From Marsupella aquatica (lineage: Eukaryota; Plantae; Marchantiophyta): a DNA stretch of 64,000 nucleotides. Of this stretch, positions 31,816 through 41,041 are shown piece after piece. The position numbers and the translations under genes are program-made. Position 1 is the stretch's first letter, and each line of letters begins with the position of its first letter. The notes beneath the pieces were generated by a model that had not been told where the DNA came from, did no database searches, and saw nothing but the letters and a program-made list of their open reading frames with translations. The DNA is taken from the NCBI GenBank assembly GCA_973895155.1, contig OZ316896.1, positions 18,402,754-18,466,753 on the forward strand, written 5' to 3'.

Positions 31816-34800
31816 TGTAGATAGGCAGTAATTCCAAAGTCATGAAGAAAACCGGAAAATTTTTAAATTTTTGAAGTAGTTAAACTATATTTGCTGATAA
31901 CTCGAGTAAACTAAACTCTGCCGAAGATTAAGAGTTTAAGAGTTGAAGAGTTGAAGTGTTTAAGAGTTTACGGGTTTACGAGTAAACCCTACTTTAATAG
32001 TTGAAGAGTTGAAGAGTTGAAGTGTTTAATAGTTTAAGAGTTTAAGGGTTTACGAGTAAACCCTACTTTAAGACTTTACGACTTTAAGAGTTGCGACTTG
32101 CGAACTGGCGAGCCCCGCGATTGTGACAGGCTACGGCTAACTCCAATGGGACTTTGCAACAAAACGAGGAGCAGGCCTTGAAGGGGGAGGAATCCAGAAC
32201 ATAGGCGCTCACTCCTGACTTCTCTTCCGCTGCATTTTTCATCGCTCTCGACTCCAAACAATTCTTCGTGCAGCTCAGTGAGCAGAATTTGAGCTATGGC
32301 TGACTTGGACGCTGATGCACAGTATCGTGTTCAAACTCTGGCAATTCCTAAGAGTGTGGTCGCTCGAATTCCTTTGGCGCCCGACAGTTGTGAAAATTTG
32401 AGAACATCGTTACAGCAGCTCGGATTGGAACATCTACTCGCAATCCCTTGGAATGTGGAGCTCGACTCTTATTTACAGGATTTTGTGAGAGGATCACTGA
32501 TTGCCCCTGAATTTCGACAAACCATTCGAGCTCGGCCAAGTTTATGGACAGTTGAGCAAGTAGCTCATGCCTTCCGCTGCCCCTTAGATGGAGAAGGATT
32601 ATATTCAAAGAAAAAAGATTTGTCCACTCCTTACTTTTCAGGGATTCGCCATCCTACCAATGGCTGGAATGTGACACAATGTACCTATCCGGATTTGAGG
32701 ATTCTTTTAGAATTTCTAGTGCCCATTCTCCATCCGAAGAGACCAACTATCTGCCCTGTGGCATTGGCGAATACTATCGTAGCTTCTCACAGTGGAGCTA
32801 TCCAAGTAAATTGGGCGTTGTTACTTTTCAATGTGATGCACGATCAGGTGAGAAGTATGAAGGCAGGCAGACCTACTTGTCTACAAGTCTATCTATCTCA
32901 GCTGTATCAAGCACATGACTGTTTACATCCAGAGGAGAAAACAGAAAGGGGATTACTTCTGATCGAGTTGGACATTGAGAAAGAAATTAGTGTAGCAGAA
33001 TCAGAACAGGACATTCTGCTGAATTCCACTGATCAGGATGTTAATATGGACATCGATGTTAATATGGAGGATGTCTCGATAGGTGGTTCGGAATTTCCCC
33101 CTGAACACAACATGGAGGTCATTTTATACTCTCCAAGAGAAATCAGTGGAGCAGATCAACTTGAAGCTGAAGGAGACGAGATTTTTCCTGAGCAACAAGA
33201 AGTCGTTGTTGAACCAACTATTACTGCCATACGAGGAGTCACCATGCCCCCTTTTTCGAAAGCAGAGTCAAATCAGCAGCTTATTGATAAGTTAATCTCT
33301 CTCTTCGGTTGCAGTGATGTTGAACTCTACGATGTTGTCTGTGATTTGAGATCCGAGGCAGTTAGCTTATCCTCTCCATTTCCAGATCAGCTAACCCCTG
33401 TCAGGATCGCTTCTCCCATTGAGAGGTCAGCACCAGAAGAATTTGTTGCTCTCACTCCTACTGTCCCACAGAATCTACCTCCAGAGCCAAGTGAACCTGT
33501 CTCAAGGATAGGAAACACAAGTTGTGTTGCAATTGTAACTGACCTACTGGAATTGCTTCAGTGTGAACCTGAGGAGATAATCTCTGTGGTTAGTGACTTA
33601 ATTCCGAAGTACACAGAATTCAAAGGCCCTTCCAACCCGGGTGACTGCATTTATAGTCCAGATTCCAATTATGAACCAACCGAGGGACCTATTTATACCC
33701 AACCACAGTATGAACATCCTTCTGTTAGACAGGATCTTCCTGAGGATTCTGATCCACCCTCTGATTTTGATTCCATCCGATCTTATGACAACTCTGTCGA
33801 GTCGTCACCAAGGCAAGGATTTGAGGATGTTGACACTACCTTAAGATCTGATCCAAATTTAGTGGCAGTTGTCACCTCCTCTACTCAAACACCCCGGTAT
33901 TCTGTCATTGAGAAAAGATATACACGACATCCAGAGTCTCAAGTGCAGAGGTACGTGGAGACTTGTAAGATAATGCAGGCCAACAGACCCCCAATTGGAG
34001 AGTTTTGGAGATACTACTACCTTAAGAAGACTGAGGCCAGTTACATATTTGACCTCAGAAGTTTCGGAACTTCAAGAGTGGAGATGGCTCAATTTGATGA
34101 GTTCTGGACTGACTCAATCTACTTCCGACCCATCCTTGCTATGATGCTACTTCAAGGGGATGTAGAAGTAGAAGATCCAGATTTGGTTTTGGCCTATTTC
34201 GGGAATTTTGCAGCTTACGCTCTGGACTTTGTGATTTCTTTTCTCATGCAGAGTAAGAAATCCACTTCTCACCAGAACTCTTACATTCCACGAGAGCCGA
34301 AGGTTGTCCTTGTTTCCACCAGTTCCCTAGCTGAGAAACAGAGGATCTGGAATAATGTCACTACTCAGACCCTGGCTCATTTCAACCGATATTTTAAAGA
34401 TGTCAGATGGAGACTTCGACCCTTCTATTCCAGGATGATGAATAGTGATGAGTTTCTGCATCACTATCCCCAAGTATATGCTGCCACCTGCAACAACTAT
34501 GATGTACTAGGGATATACAGAGAAGCTCTTCGTATAGATTCCTGTTATTTGATGAAGCGAATGCCTTTGATGTATCCTGAGAGACAACTAAGGTGCCTAC
34601 CCTACTCTCGAGGATCACCACGTCAGACTGAGCTGATGGAGGTAACACAGAATCGGACTGTCACCTACGTGGAGCTGCTCGAACCCGATGATATTCGACA
34701 ACAAGCTTGAAGGAGACTATCTTTTTAGCTAGTATTGAAAAGTATAGTACTTTTACCAATTTTTCTAAATGTGTTGTAGAGCTTTAAAAGCTATGAGACT

Positions 34801-35892
34801 TCTTTAGGCTGTAGTCTGTACCTAGGAAACCCTACTGGAAAAATTTCAGAGTTTTCCGAACCAGGAGTAGAAAGTTAAAAATAGTTGAATCTACTCAATT
34901 TTTAGTATACTGAAATTAAGAGTTTAAGAGTTTAAGTTTTTACGTTTTTAAGAGTTTAAGTTTTTAAGAGTTTAAGAGTTCATACTTAGCCATTTTTTCC
35001 GGCTTTCCACTTATTGAATCGTCGTTTTGACTTTTTGAGGGTTATGAAGAGGCATGTCTCTTCGACCCTGTGACCTCTTATTCTGTAGTTCATCACTATT
35101 TATACCTCTTCCCCTAGTGTAGAGAGATGGTTAAGTTTTGCAGTTTTGCCTCTCCCTTGTGTTAAACTAGTTGATCATGAATCTATGAGTTCGAGATCAG
35201 GTTTAACATTTGGAGAGACTTACCTCCTTCTTGTATTTTGGAACCCAAATACTTGAAGTAAAACCTCAGTTATGAATCTCGTGAATTATAATGTCAGATT
35301 CCGCTTTGGTGACACATTGTAATCTCACAAGTTCTTAGAGTTAACTCATTGAGTTTAAGTTGCATTGGAAATGATGTTTTCACCTTCATGTTGCTTAGTA
35401 CCATCTAAATGCTGAAGTATTTATCCTTTTAGATCTTGACTAAATATCACTTAGGAAGAAAGGTCAAGACATGTTGCCGGCATTTTAAAAGGATACTCTA
35501 GTATGCAGTTTAGATCTGAAAAGCCGTGTGGATTTGGATTCCCTTTAAAGTCATTCCATTATTACTTATGTCTAAGGAGTAACCTTGGTCTATTCCAGAC
35601 TCCCTTAAGCATACTCTGAGAGATTTTTCCTTGTGTTTTGTTAATTGCAATCTTTTGCTTAATTGAAGGTTATCTGATGTTGAGTTATCATCAAAAACTA
35701 CTCACCGCTGTGGAGCGATCTTCAAAGTACCTGATTAAAGTAGTCAAGATTCATTACTATGTGTGACACAAGAGCTTAAAGCTTTGTTTTTAGTTTATTA
35801 CATCAAACCAACCCCATCTTGTTCTTAAAGGGAACGAATACCGAGTTTGGAGACTTTAAAATGTGATTTTTGGTTCTCTATGGCAAACTACA
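31816..35892 (+). repeat. Family A LTR 2 (shared between copies 2 and 3; 4,077 bp under the long-LTR model)
   Basis: PPT|TGTAG...CTACA|PBS; alternative shorter start at 34810. Confidence 0.65.
32296..34710 (+). CDS. Family A accessory ORF3 (804 aa), the only intact copy
   Basis: Uninterrupted ORF; N-terminal domain shared with element B ORF3, C-terminal ~230-aa domain not shared. Confidence 0.85.
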   Translation: MADLDADAQYRVQTLAIPKSVVARIPLAPDSCENLRTSLQQLGLEHLLAIPWNVELDSYLQDFVRGSLIAPEFRQTIRARPSLWTVEQVAHAFRCPLDGEGLYSKKKDLSTPYFSGIRHPTNGWNVTQCTYPDLRILLEFLVPILHPKRPTICPVALANTIVASHSGAIQVNWALLLFNVMHDQVRSMKAGRPTCLQVYLSQLYQAHDCLHPEEKTERGLLLIELDIEKEISVAESEQDILLNSTDQDVNMDIDVNMEDVSIGGSEFPPEHNMEVILYSPREISGADQLEAEGDEIFPEQQEVVVEPTITAIRGVTMPPFSKAESNQQLIDKLISLFGCSDVELYDVVCDLRSEAVSLSSPFPDQLTPVRIASPIERSAPEEFVALTPTVPQNLPPEPSEPVSRIGNTSCVAIVTDLLELLQCEPEEIISVVSDLIPKYTEFKGPSNPGDCIYSPDSNYEPTEGPIYTQPQYEHPSVRQDLPEDSDPPSDFDSIRSYDNSVESSPRQGFEDVDTTLRSDPNLVAVVTSSTQTPRYSVIEKRYTRHPESQVQRYVETCKIMQANRPPIGEFWRYYYLKKTEASYIFDLRSFGTSRVEMAQFDEFWTDSIYFRPILAMMLLQGDVEVEDPDLVLAYFGNFAAYALDFVISFLMQSKKSTSHQNSYIPREPKVVLVSTSSLAEKQRIWNNVTTQTLAHFNRYFKDVRWRLRPFYSRMMNSDEFLHHYPQVYAATCNNYDVLGIYREALRIDSCYLMKRMPLMYPERQLRCLPYSRGSPRQTELMEVTQNRTVTYVELLEPDDIRQQA

Positions 35893-35901
35893 TGAGATTT
35901 T

Positions 35902-35919
35902 TGGCGCCGCTGCCGGGGA
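35902..35919 (+). promoter_or_regulatory. Primer-binding site, tRNA-Asp type (family A copy 3)
   Basis: TGGCGCCGCTGCCGGGGA. Confidence 0.88.
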
Positions 35920-36209
35920 ACAAATCAAGGATGGTTTGAAGTACAGGCAGTGAATGCCAAAAGGAGGTTAATTCAGTGAATCTGGAATAAACAAAAGAAA
36001 GGTGGAAGTTGACCATGGAACCCCAAGGAGAATGGGAGTTCCCTCCATTACAAATTCGATCTTTCACAATGGAAAATGCACCAGAGGCATTTAGGGAGAG
36101 ATTTGGAGGTGAAACTCCTTCCTCAATTTTGGAAAGAAAGAGAAAAGCTAAAGCCAAGAAGGAAAGACGAAATGGGGCTTAGTGGGGGAATACCCTTCCC
36201 AAGAAAGAG

Positions 36210-37070
36210 ATGGTGAGGAAAAGCAGACCTCAGAAAAGAGAAAGAGCCTTGATTAGGTCAAGGGATAATCAAACACACACGATTATCAGTGCCACTGCAA
36301 GAGAGAGAACAACTATTTTGAGAAGGCAGGTGTCCAACATCAGAGGAGGAAGCTACTTTTGGGGTGGCGAATTGGTGAAGGTTGACTCCTGGGACACCAA
36401 TATTTTGTATGATTGTATATTTGTTTTCAGAAGAGCCCTAGATGGAAGACTGGAATTGATTGAAGCCACTCAAGATGAGGAATTTGATGCCAATTTTATT
36501 CCCCCCTTACTAAAAGAACATGACATTAAGGAGGAAGTATTGGAGGAGGAACTTGAACATCAATTAAGGGAAACGTTGGATAAGTTAAAAGGGAATCCAT
36601 TGTGGAGAAACCAACTTGATTATGTTTTAACAGAGTTTTACCAGAATAATCCCAATTTAATACTTAGGGAGGAAAGACCAGTTATGACCTCCAATAGAAG
36701 AGAGTTGGTTGACACTTGTAAATGGCATGCCGGAAGTGGATGGGTTCCATTGAAATGGAAGGAGGCAACTACCCAAAGGACATCCTTTAAGTGGACCATC
36801 CCACTCCCTCACTGCTCTGAATTAACTGATGTAATGGTTTTTAAGAGAGTTTGGATTGATGATGAGGAATACAAGTTGCAGCCCATTAAGGAAGAACATG
36901 ATTTAGAATTTTTAATAAGCAAGAAGGGGCAAATTAGTAACGGGGTTACTGAAGAAGAAGAACTAAGAATTAAGGAGGTGTTGGAAAAATTACACCATGT
37001 TGAACACCCTTGGGTTGATGCCCTGGACACTCTAGAAAATTTGTTAAACAACTACCGGACCTCAGCATAA
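36210..37070 (+). CDS. Family A leader ORF (286 aa), copy 3
   Basis: Translation identical to 24035-24895. Confidence 0.7.
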   Translation: MVRKSRPQKRERALIRSRDNQTHTIISATARERTTILRRQVSNIRGGSYFWGGELVKVDSWDTNILYDCIFVFRRALDGRLELIEATQDEEFDANFIPPLLKEHDIKEEVLEEELEHQLRETLDKLKGNPLWRNQLDYVLTEFYQNNPNLILREERPVMTSNRRELVDTCKWHAGSGWVPLKWKEATTQRTSFKWTIPLPHCSELTDVMVFKRVWIDDEEYKLQPIKEEHDLEFLISKKGQISNGVTEEEELRIKEVLEKLHHVEHPWVDALDTLENLLNNYRTSA

Positions 37071-37152
37071 AAGAGGACAACAGAGGAGCGGATTTCCCCA
37101 AATTACAATCTTGATTTCAACTTTGAATAAGCAATTTGGTGAAATAATTGAA

Positions 37153-37404
37153 ATGCCTCCAATCAGGTCTTTAGGCACTTTGAGAGTAAGAAATTTGCAT
37201 AATCGGTATGTTCAAACATGGGTACTGTCCCTAAGAGGACGAAGGGGTGTTCATTGGTTATCTATTACCTGGTGGGAAGGAGGCATTTTGCATCTGGTTA
37301 TTTTAAAGTTAAATGGTAGAATTACAGGAGAAGAGTATGTTATCATTTCTATACAAGAATTAGCTAGATCCTTGCTTCAAAGGCAAACTAGGAGACACAG
37401 ATAA
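37153..37404 (+). CDS. Conserved 83-aa leader protein, family A copy 3
   Basis: Translation identical to 24978-25229. Confidence 0.75.
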   Translation: MPPIRSLGTLRVRNLHNRYVQTWVLSLRGRRGVHWLSITWWEGGILHLVILKLNGRITGEEYVIISIQELARSLLQRQTRRHR

Positions 37405-37843
37405 CATTAGTTAGGTCAAGAAATTTGTTAAGTACACCTACTCTCCTAAAAATGGGCGCTGCCGAGAACTGAAGGGACGGCATTACGAGTAAGCCTTTAC
37501 GTTTTTCTTTAGAGTTGAAGTTTTACGAGTAAACATACTCGAGTAAGGGTATAATAGTTGACGACTTACGAGTTGCGAGTTGACGACTTACGAGTTGAAG
37601 GGCCGCGATGAACAGGCGCGCCACTTCAACACTTGACCACTCGCTGCGACTGTTGGGGCGTACACCCCCTGAGGGTTACGAGAAGAGGCGCCATCAAGGG
37701 CCACGACGGTGCGAAAGGGTGCCAGCGGGAGGAACAATGGAAGAACGCGACCCCTCCATGCAAACTTAGACTCCCAAAGGAAACCAGAGTCAGTCCCAAA
37801 CCATTAACTCGCTCCTGAAGATTGCCGACTTTCAGGATGAGGA

Positions 37844-40800
37844 ATGTCTGATAAAGGGAAGCGAAGTTGGAGATTAAGACAAGAAGAAAAAGCAAGATCA
37901 GAAGCACCACCAACTCCCCTTAATCCTAGGGGACTATTGCCCGAATTCCAATCCCCAGATTACCCAACACCGGGAAATGTAGTAGAGCGAGTTACCCTCA
38001 TCCAACGAAATGAAATAGAAGGAACAGTAGACAAGCCTGCAACAAGTCGACCAACAATTTATAAATTACGCTCTAGGGATGTCCAATACATCTCACCTAA
38101 GCCTAAGAAGAAAGAAATTGACATAGCCAAACCACTGAGACGAACACAAAGCTTGGATGAATATGAGGGAACACCTGCGTTTCAGATAATTGGAACAGGA
38201 AAAACTACCAATACAAGGCATGAAAGCATAATTGAAGGAGGAATTCAGCAAATTGAATCTTTAAAATTTAATTCTGACTCACCTTTACTTCAAAGAACGC
38301 CTATTGATGAATCTGTCAGATTAGCAGAAGCACTACCCTCGCTTGGTTATGGAAGTGCCAGCAGCAGCTTAAGTGCGATAAGCACTCCAAATTCCGTAAA
38401 TTCAATTTCACCATTAACATCTCAAGGATCAGTCACCAGCACTAGCTCACAATCTCTGAGAGCCTATCCTCCAATTAACCCAATTCCGGTTCCTATAAGA
38501 CGACCTCAAATGGCTCGAAATAATATTCGATACGATACCTTTAAGGGAACATCTAAGGAGGATGCTGAGACTTTCCTCAAGGAATTTGAAGCTGCAGCCA
38601 CCTCAAATGGGCAAACCCAGGACGCTGAAAAAGCCACGATTTTTGGAGGGTTATTAAAAAAGAATGCTCAAAAATGGTATGATCGATTTCCAGATAAGAA
38701 TGACTGGGGAAAAACCAAGACCGGTTTCTTGGACAAATATAAGGAGGATGGTGTTGAGGCAAGGGCTTTTGCTAGAATCTCTCAACTAACCATGAAGAAA
38801 CATGGCTCAGTGAGAAAGTACGCAGATAAATTACTAGATCTAGTGGATAAATATAATCCCAATACAGCCAAGTCCACCATGAGAGATTGGTTTATTAACG
38901 GGCTGCCCTCCCGAATTGCAAGGTATGTAAGACGAGAAGGTGGTACAACCTTTGAGGAAGCTCAGGAAGCAGCACAAAAATACGTGGACTCAGAAGTTTC
39001 TGAGAAGAAAAGAGTAAAAAAGGATTTGAAGAAGGGTAAGAGAAAGGATAAAAAGAAAAAGTCCTCTTCAAGCTCGGAGTCTGGTGATAGCGACACTACC
39101 ACTACTGAAGGAACTAGTTCCGACTCGGGCTCCAGCAGTAGCTCAAGCTCCAGTCCAAGTTCTGACGATGCGGACACCAAGACCAAAAGGATGCAGAAAA
39201 GCACGGTACCTCAGAAAGCCAAGACCCTGGATAAAATGATGGATTCCTTGACTAGTAAGTTGAATAAACTCTCTGTGAATGCCGCTATATTTAAACCAAC
39301 TAGGAAACTCCCACCCACCATACGAAATAATGTGTGGTGTACACGCTGTAATAACCAAGGACACTATCATCATGAGTGCCCTTCATTGCAACGAGCTGTC
39401 AATTATGGAGAAGAGGAAGAGTTATTAGACTATGGAGATACCTATGCGGTCCAAGCACCGTTTGCAGGGCAATACTTTCCCCCTGCTGCGGGACCACCTT
39501 CATGGGCCCAACAAAAATCCGCAGGACCTTCCTCATTTAATCGGCCTATACCAAGACCACCGATGGGACCTCCGGGAGGCTATCCACCCAGAGGAGCACC
39601 ACGAGTACAAGGAACCTGCTATAATTGTGGTCAACCAGGGCATTACTCACCAGAATGTCCGTACCCAAAGAGAGAAGTAGGGTACACACCAATTTGTGGC
39701 AACTGTGGAAAGGAAGGTCATCTCCCTGTGGAATGCCCAAATCCTCCGAAACCCAAGATGATGGTAAGATTTGCTAAAGAGCCTGTGAAGGAAGCACCCA
39801 GACCTGAAGAAGTAAGGATGGTATATAGCCAGGAGAATCTGGAGCAATGCAGTCATGTGACCATAGAAGCAGAAGCTGAGGAGGAGGTGCATAATATCTA
39901 TACCCAAAGTCTATCAGGCACTATTCCGGATGTTGATTTGGAGCACTTAGTACAAGACCATGTTGTGGGAATGCCCAACCTACGGGTCCAAGAACGGGAC
40001 CGTGTTTTGGAAACTTACGCCACTACCAGATCCAAGTCTCATCATGAGAAGAAGCACGGTGAGGATGGTTCTAAGCGGAAGAAATCATCCAAACAGAAGA
40101 GCAAAACAAGGATACCGGCAAAGGAAGGTATCCCAAAAGAGGATGACCCAGCCTATGACAGGTATGACCCCAAGTACTTCCAGCCCGACATATCTACAGA
40201 GGTTAAAACTCAAATACATGAGTTAACCAAGGATGCACCCCTGCTAGTGGAACGGAAGGAAGTCCCTCCAGAGCTAAAAAAGCCTGAACCCAAGATGACC
40301 TTGGTACCAACACTCAAACCAAAGGGGTATGATATCGTGGACGTTGTCAAGAGCCAACCTGCCAACATTACGATTGGGGAGCTATTAGTAGACAATCCCA
40401 CTTATAAAAAGCAGTTAAGAACCTTGCTGACAGGAAGGAGGAAAAGAAGGAAACTACCTTCTGTGGAGGCCTTGAGACTAGAATGGGAAGATAAAGGACC
40501 TCCGGAAATTGAAGTTCAGGTCATGGGGTGTGTAATACCCGCAGTACCAGTAGACGGAGGATCGAGTGTGAACATCATGACCGAGGAAACAGCATCCAAC
40601 ATTGGCATCCATAAGTTTGAAAAGACCTTACAAATACTACGCATGGCCGATCAATCCAGAGTAGTGCCAGTAGGAAAACTTATTGGGATCGACACAATTA
40701 TTGGGGGCCTGACTTTCCCCTTAGATTTTGTAGTTCTCCGACCTGAAGTTCCCTCCTCCTATCCTTTGCTATTAGGGAGACCCTGGTTATATAAGGCCAA

Positions 40801-41041
40801 GGTCAAGGTTGATTGGCACCAACGACAGATGTCCTTTGGGACACCCCGAGTCACTATCAGTTGGATGGATGAACCACATATGGGCGAAACCCAATCAGAT
40901 GATGGGTACACTTCTGACTTCTCAGATTCTACTCTCCTTATCAAAGCTCCCAAGTTTGAATCTCTAGAAGTCGGATATCTTGATATCATGGAGGTCGAGG
41001 GTGACACACCAAGTGAAGGGACTCACCCACCAGTCTCCTGA
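37844..41041 (+). CDS. Family A gag-protease (1065 aa), copy 3
   Basis: As copy 2, with one T/M difference visible (KSTTRDW vs KSTMRDW). Confidence 0.93.
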   Translation: MSDKGKRSWRLRQEEKARSEAPPTPLNPRGLLPEFQSPDYPTPGNVVERVTLIQRNEIEGTVDKPATSRPTIYKLRSRDVQYISPKPKKKEIDIAKPLRRTQSLDEYEGTPAFQIIGTGKTTNTRHESIIEGGIQQIESLKFNSDSPLLQRTPIDESVRLAEALPSLGYGSASSSLSAISTPNSVNSISPLTSQGSVTSTSSQSLRAYPPINPIPVPIRRPQMARNNIRYDTFKGTSKEDAETFLKEFEAAATSNGQTQDAEKATIFGGLLKKNAQKWYDRFPDKNDWGKTKTGFLDKYKEDGVEARAFARISQLTMKKHGSVRKYADKLLDLVDKYNPNTAKSTMRDWFINGLPSRIARYVRREGGTTFEEAQEAAQKYVDSEVSEKKRVKKDLKKGKRKDKKKKSSSSSESGDSDTTTTEGTSSDSGSSSSSSSSPSSDDADTKTKRMQKSTVPQKAKTLDKMMDSLTSKLNKLSVNAAIFKPTRKLPPTIRNNVWCTRCNNQGHYHHECPSLQRAVNYGEEEELLDYGDTYAVQAPFAGQYFPPAAGPPSWAQQKSAGPSSFNRPIPRPPMGPPGGYPPRGAPRVQGTCYNCGQPGHYSPECPYPKREVGYTPICGNCGKEGHLPVECPNPPKPKMMVRFAKEPVKEAPRPEEVRMVYSQENLEQCSHVTIEAEAEEEVHNIYTQSLSGTIPDVDLEHLVQDHVVGMPNLRVQERDRVLETYATTRSKSHHEKKHGEDGSKRKKSSKQKSKTRIPAKEGIPKEDDPAYDRYDPKYFQPDISTEVKTQIHELTKDAPLLVERKEVPPELKKPEPKMTLVPTLKPKGYDIVDVVKSQPANITIGELLVDNPTYKKQLRTLLTGRRKRRKLPSVEALRLEWEDKGPPEIEVQVMGCVIPAVPVDGGSSVNIMTEETASNIGIHKFEKTLQILRMADQSRVVPVGKLIGIDTIIGGLTFPLDFVVLRPEVPSSYPLLLGRPWLYKAKVKVDWHQRQMSFGTPRVTISWMDEPHMGETQSDDGYTSDFSDSTLLIKAPKFESLEVGYLDIMEVEGDTPSEGTHPPVS

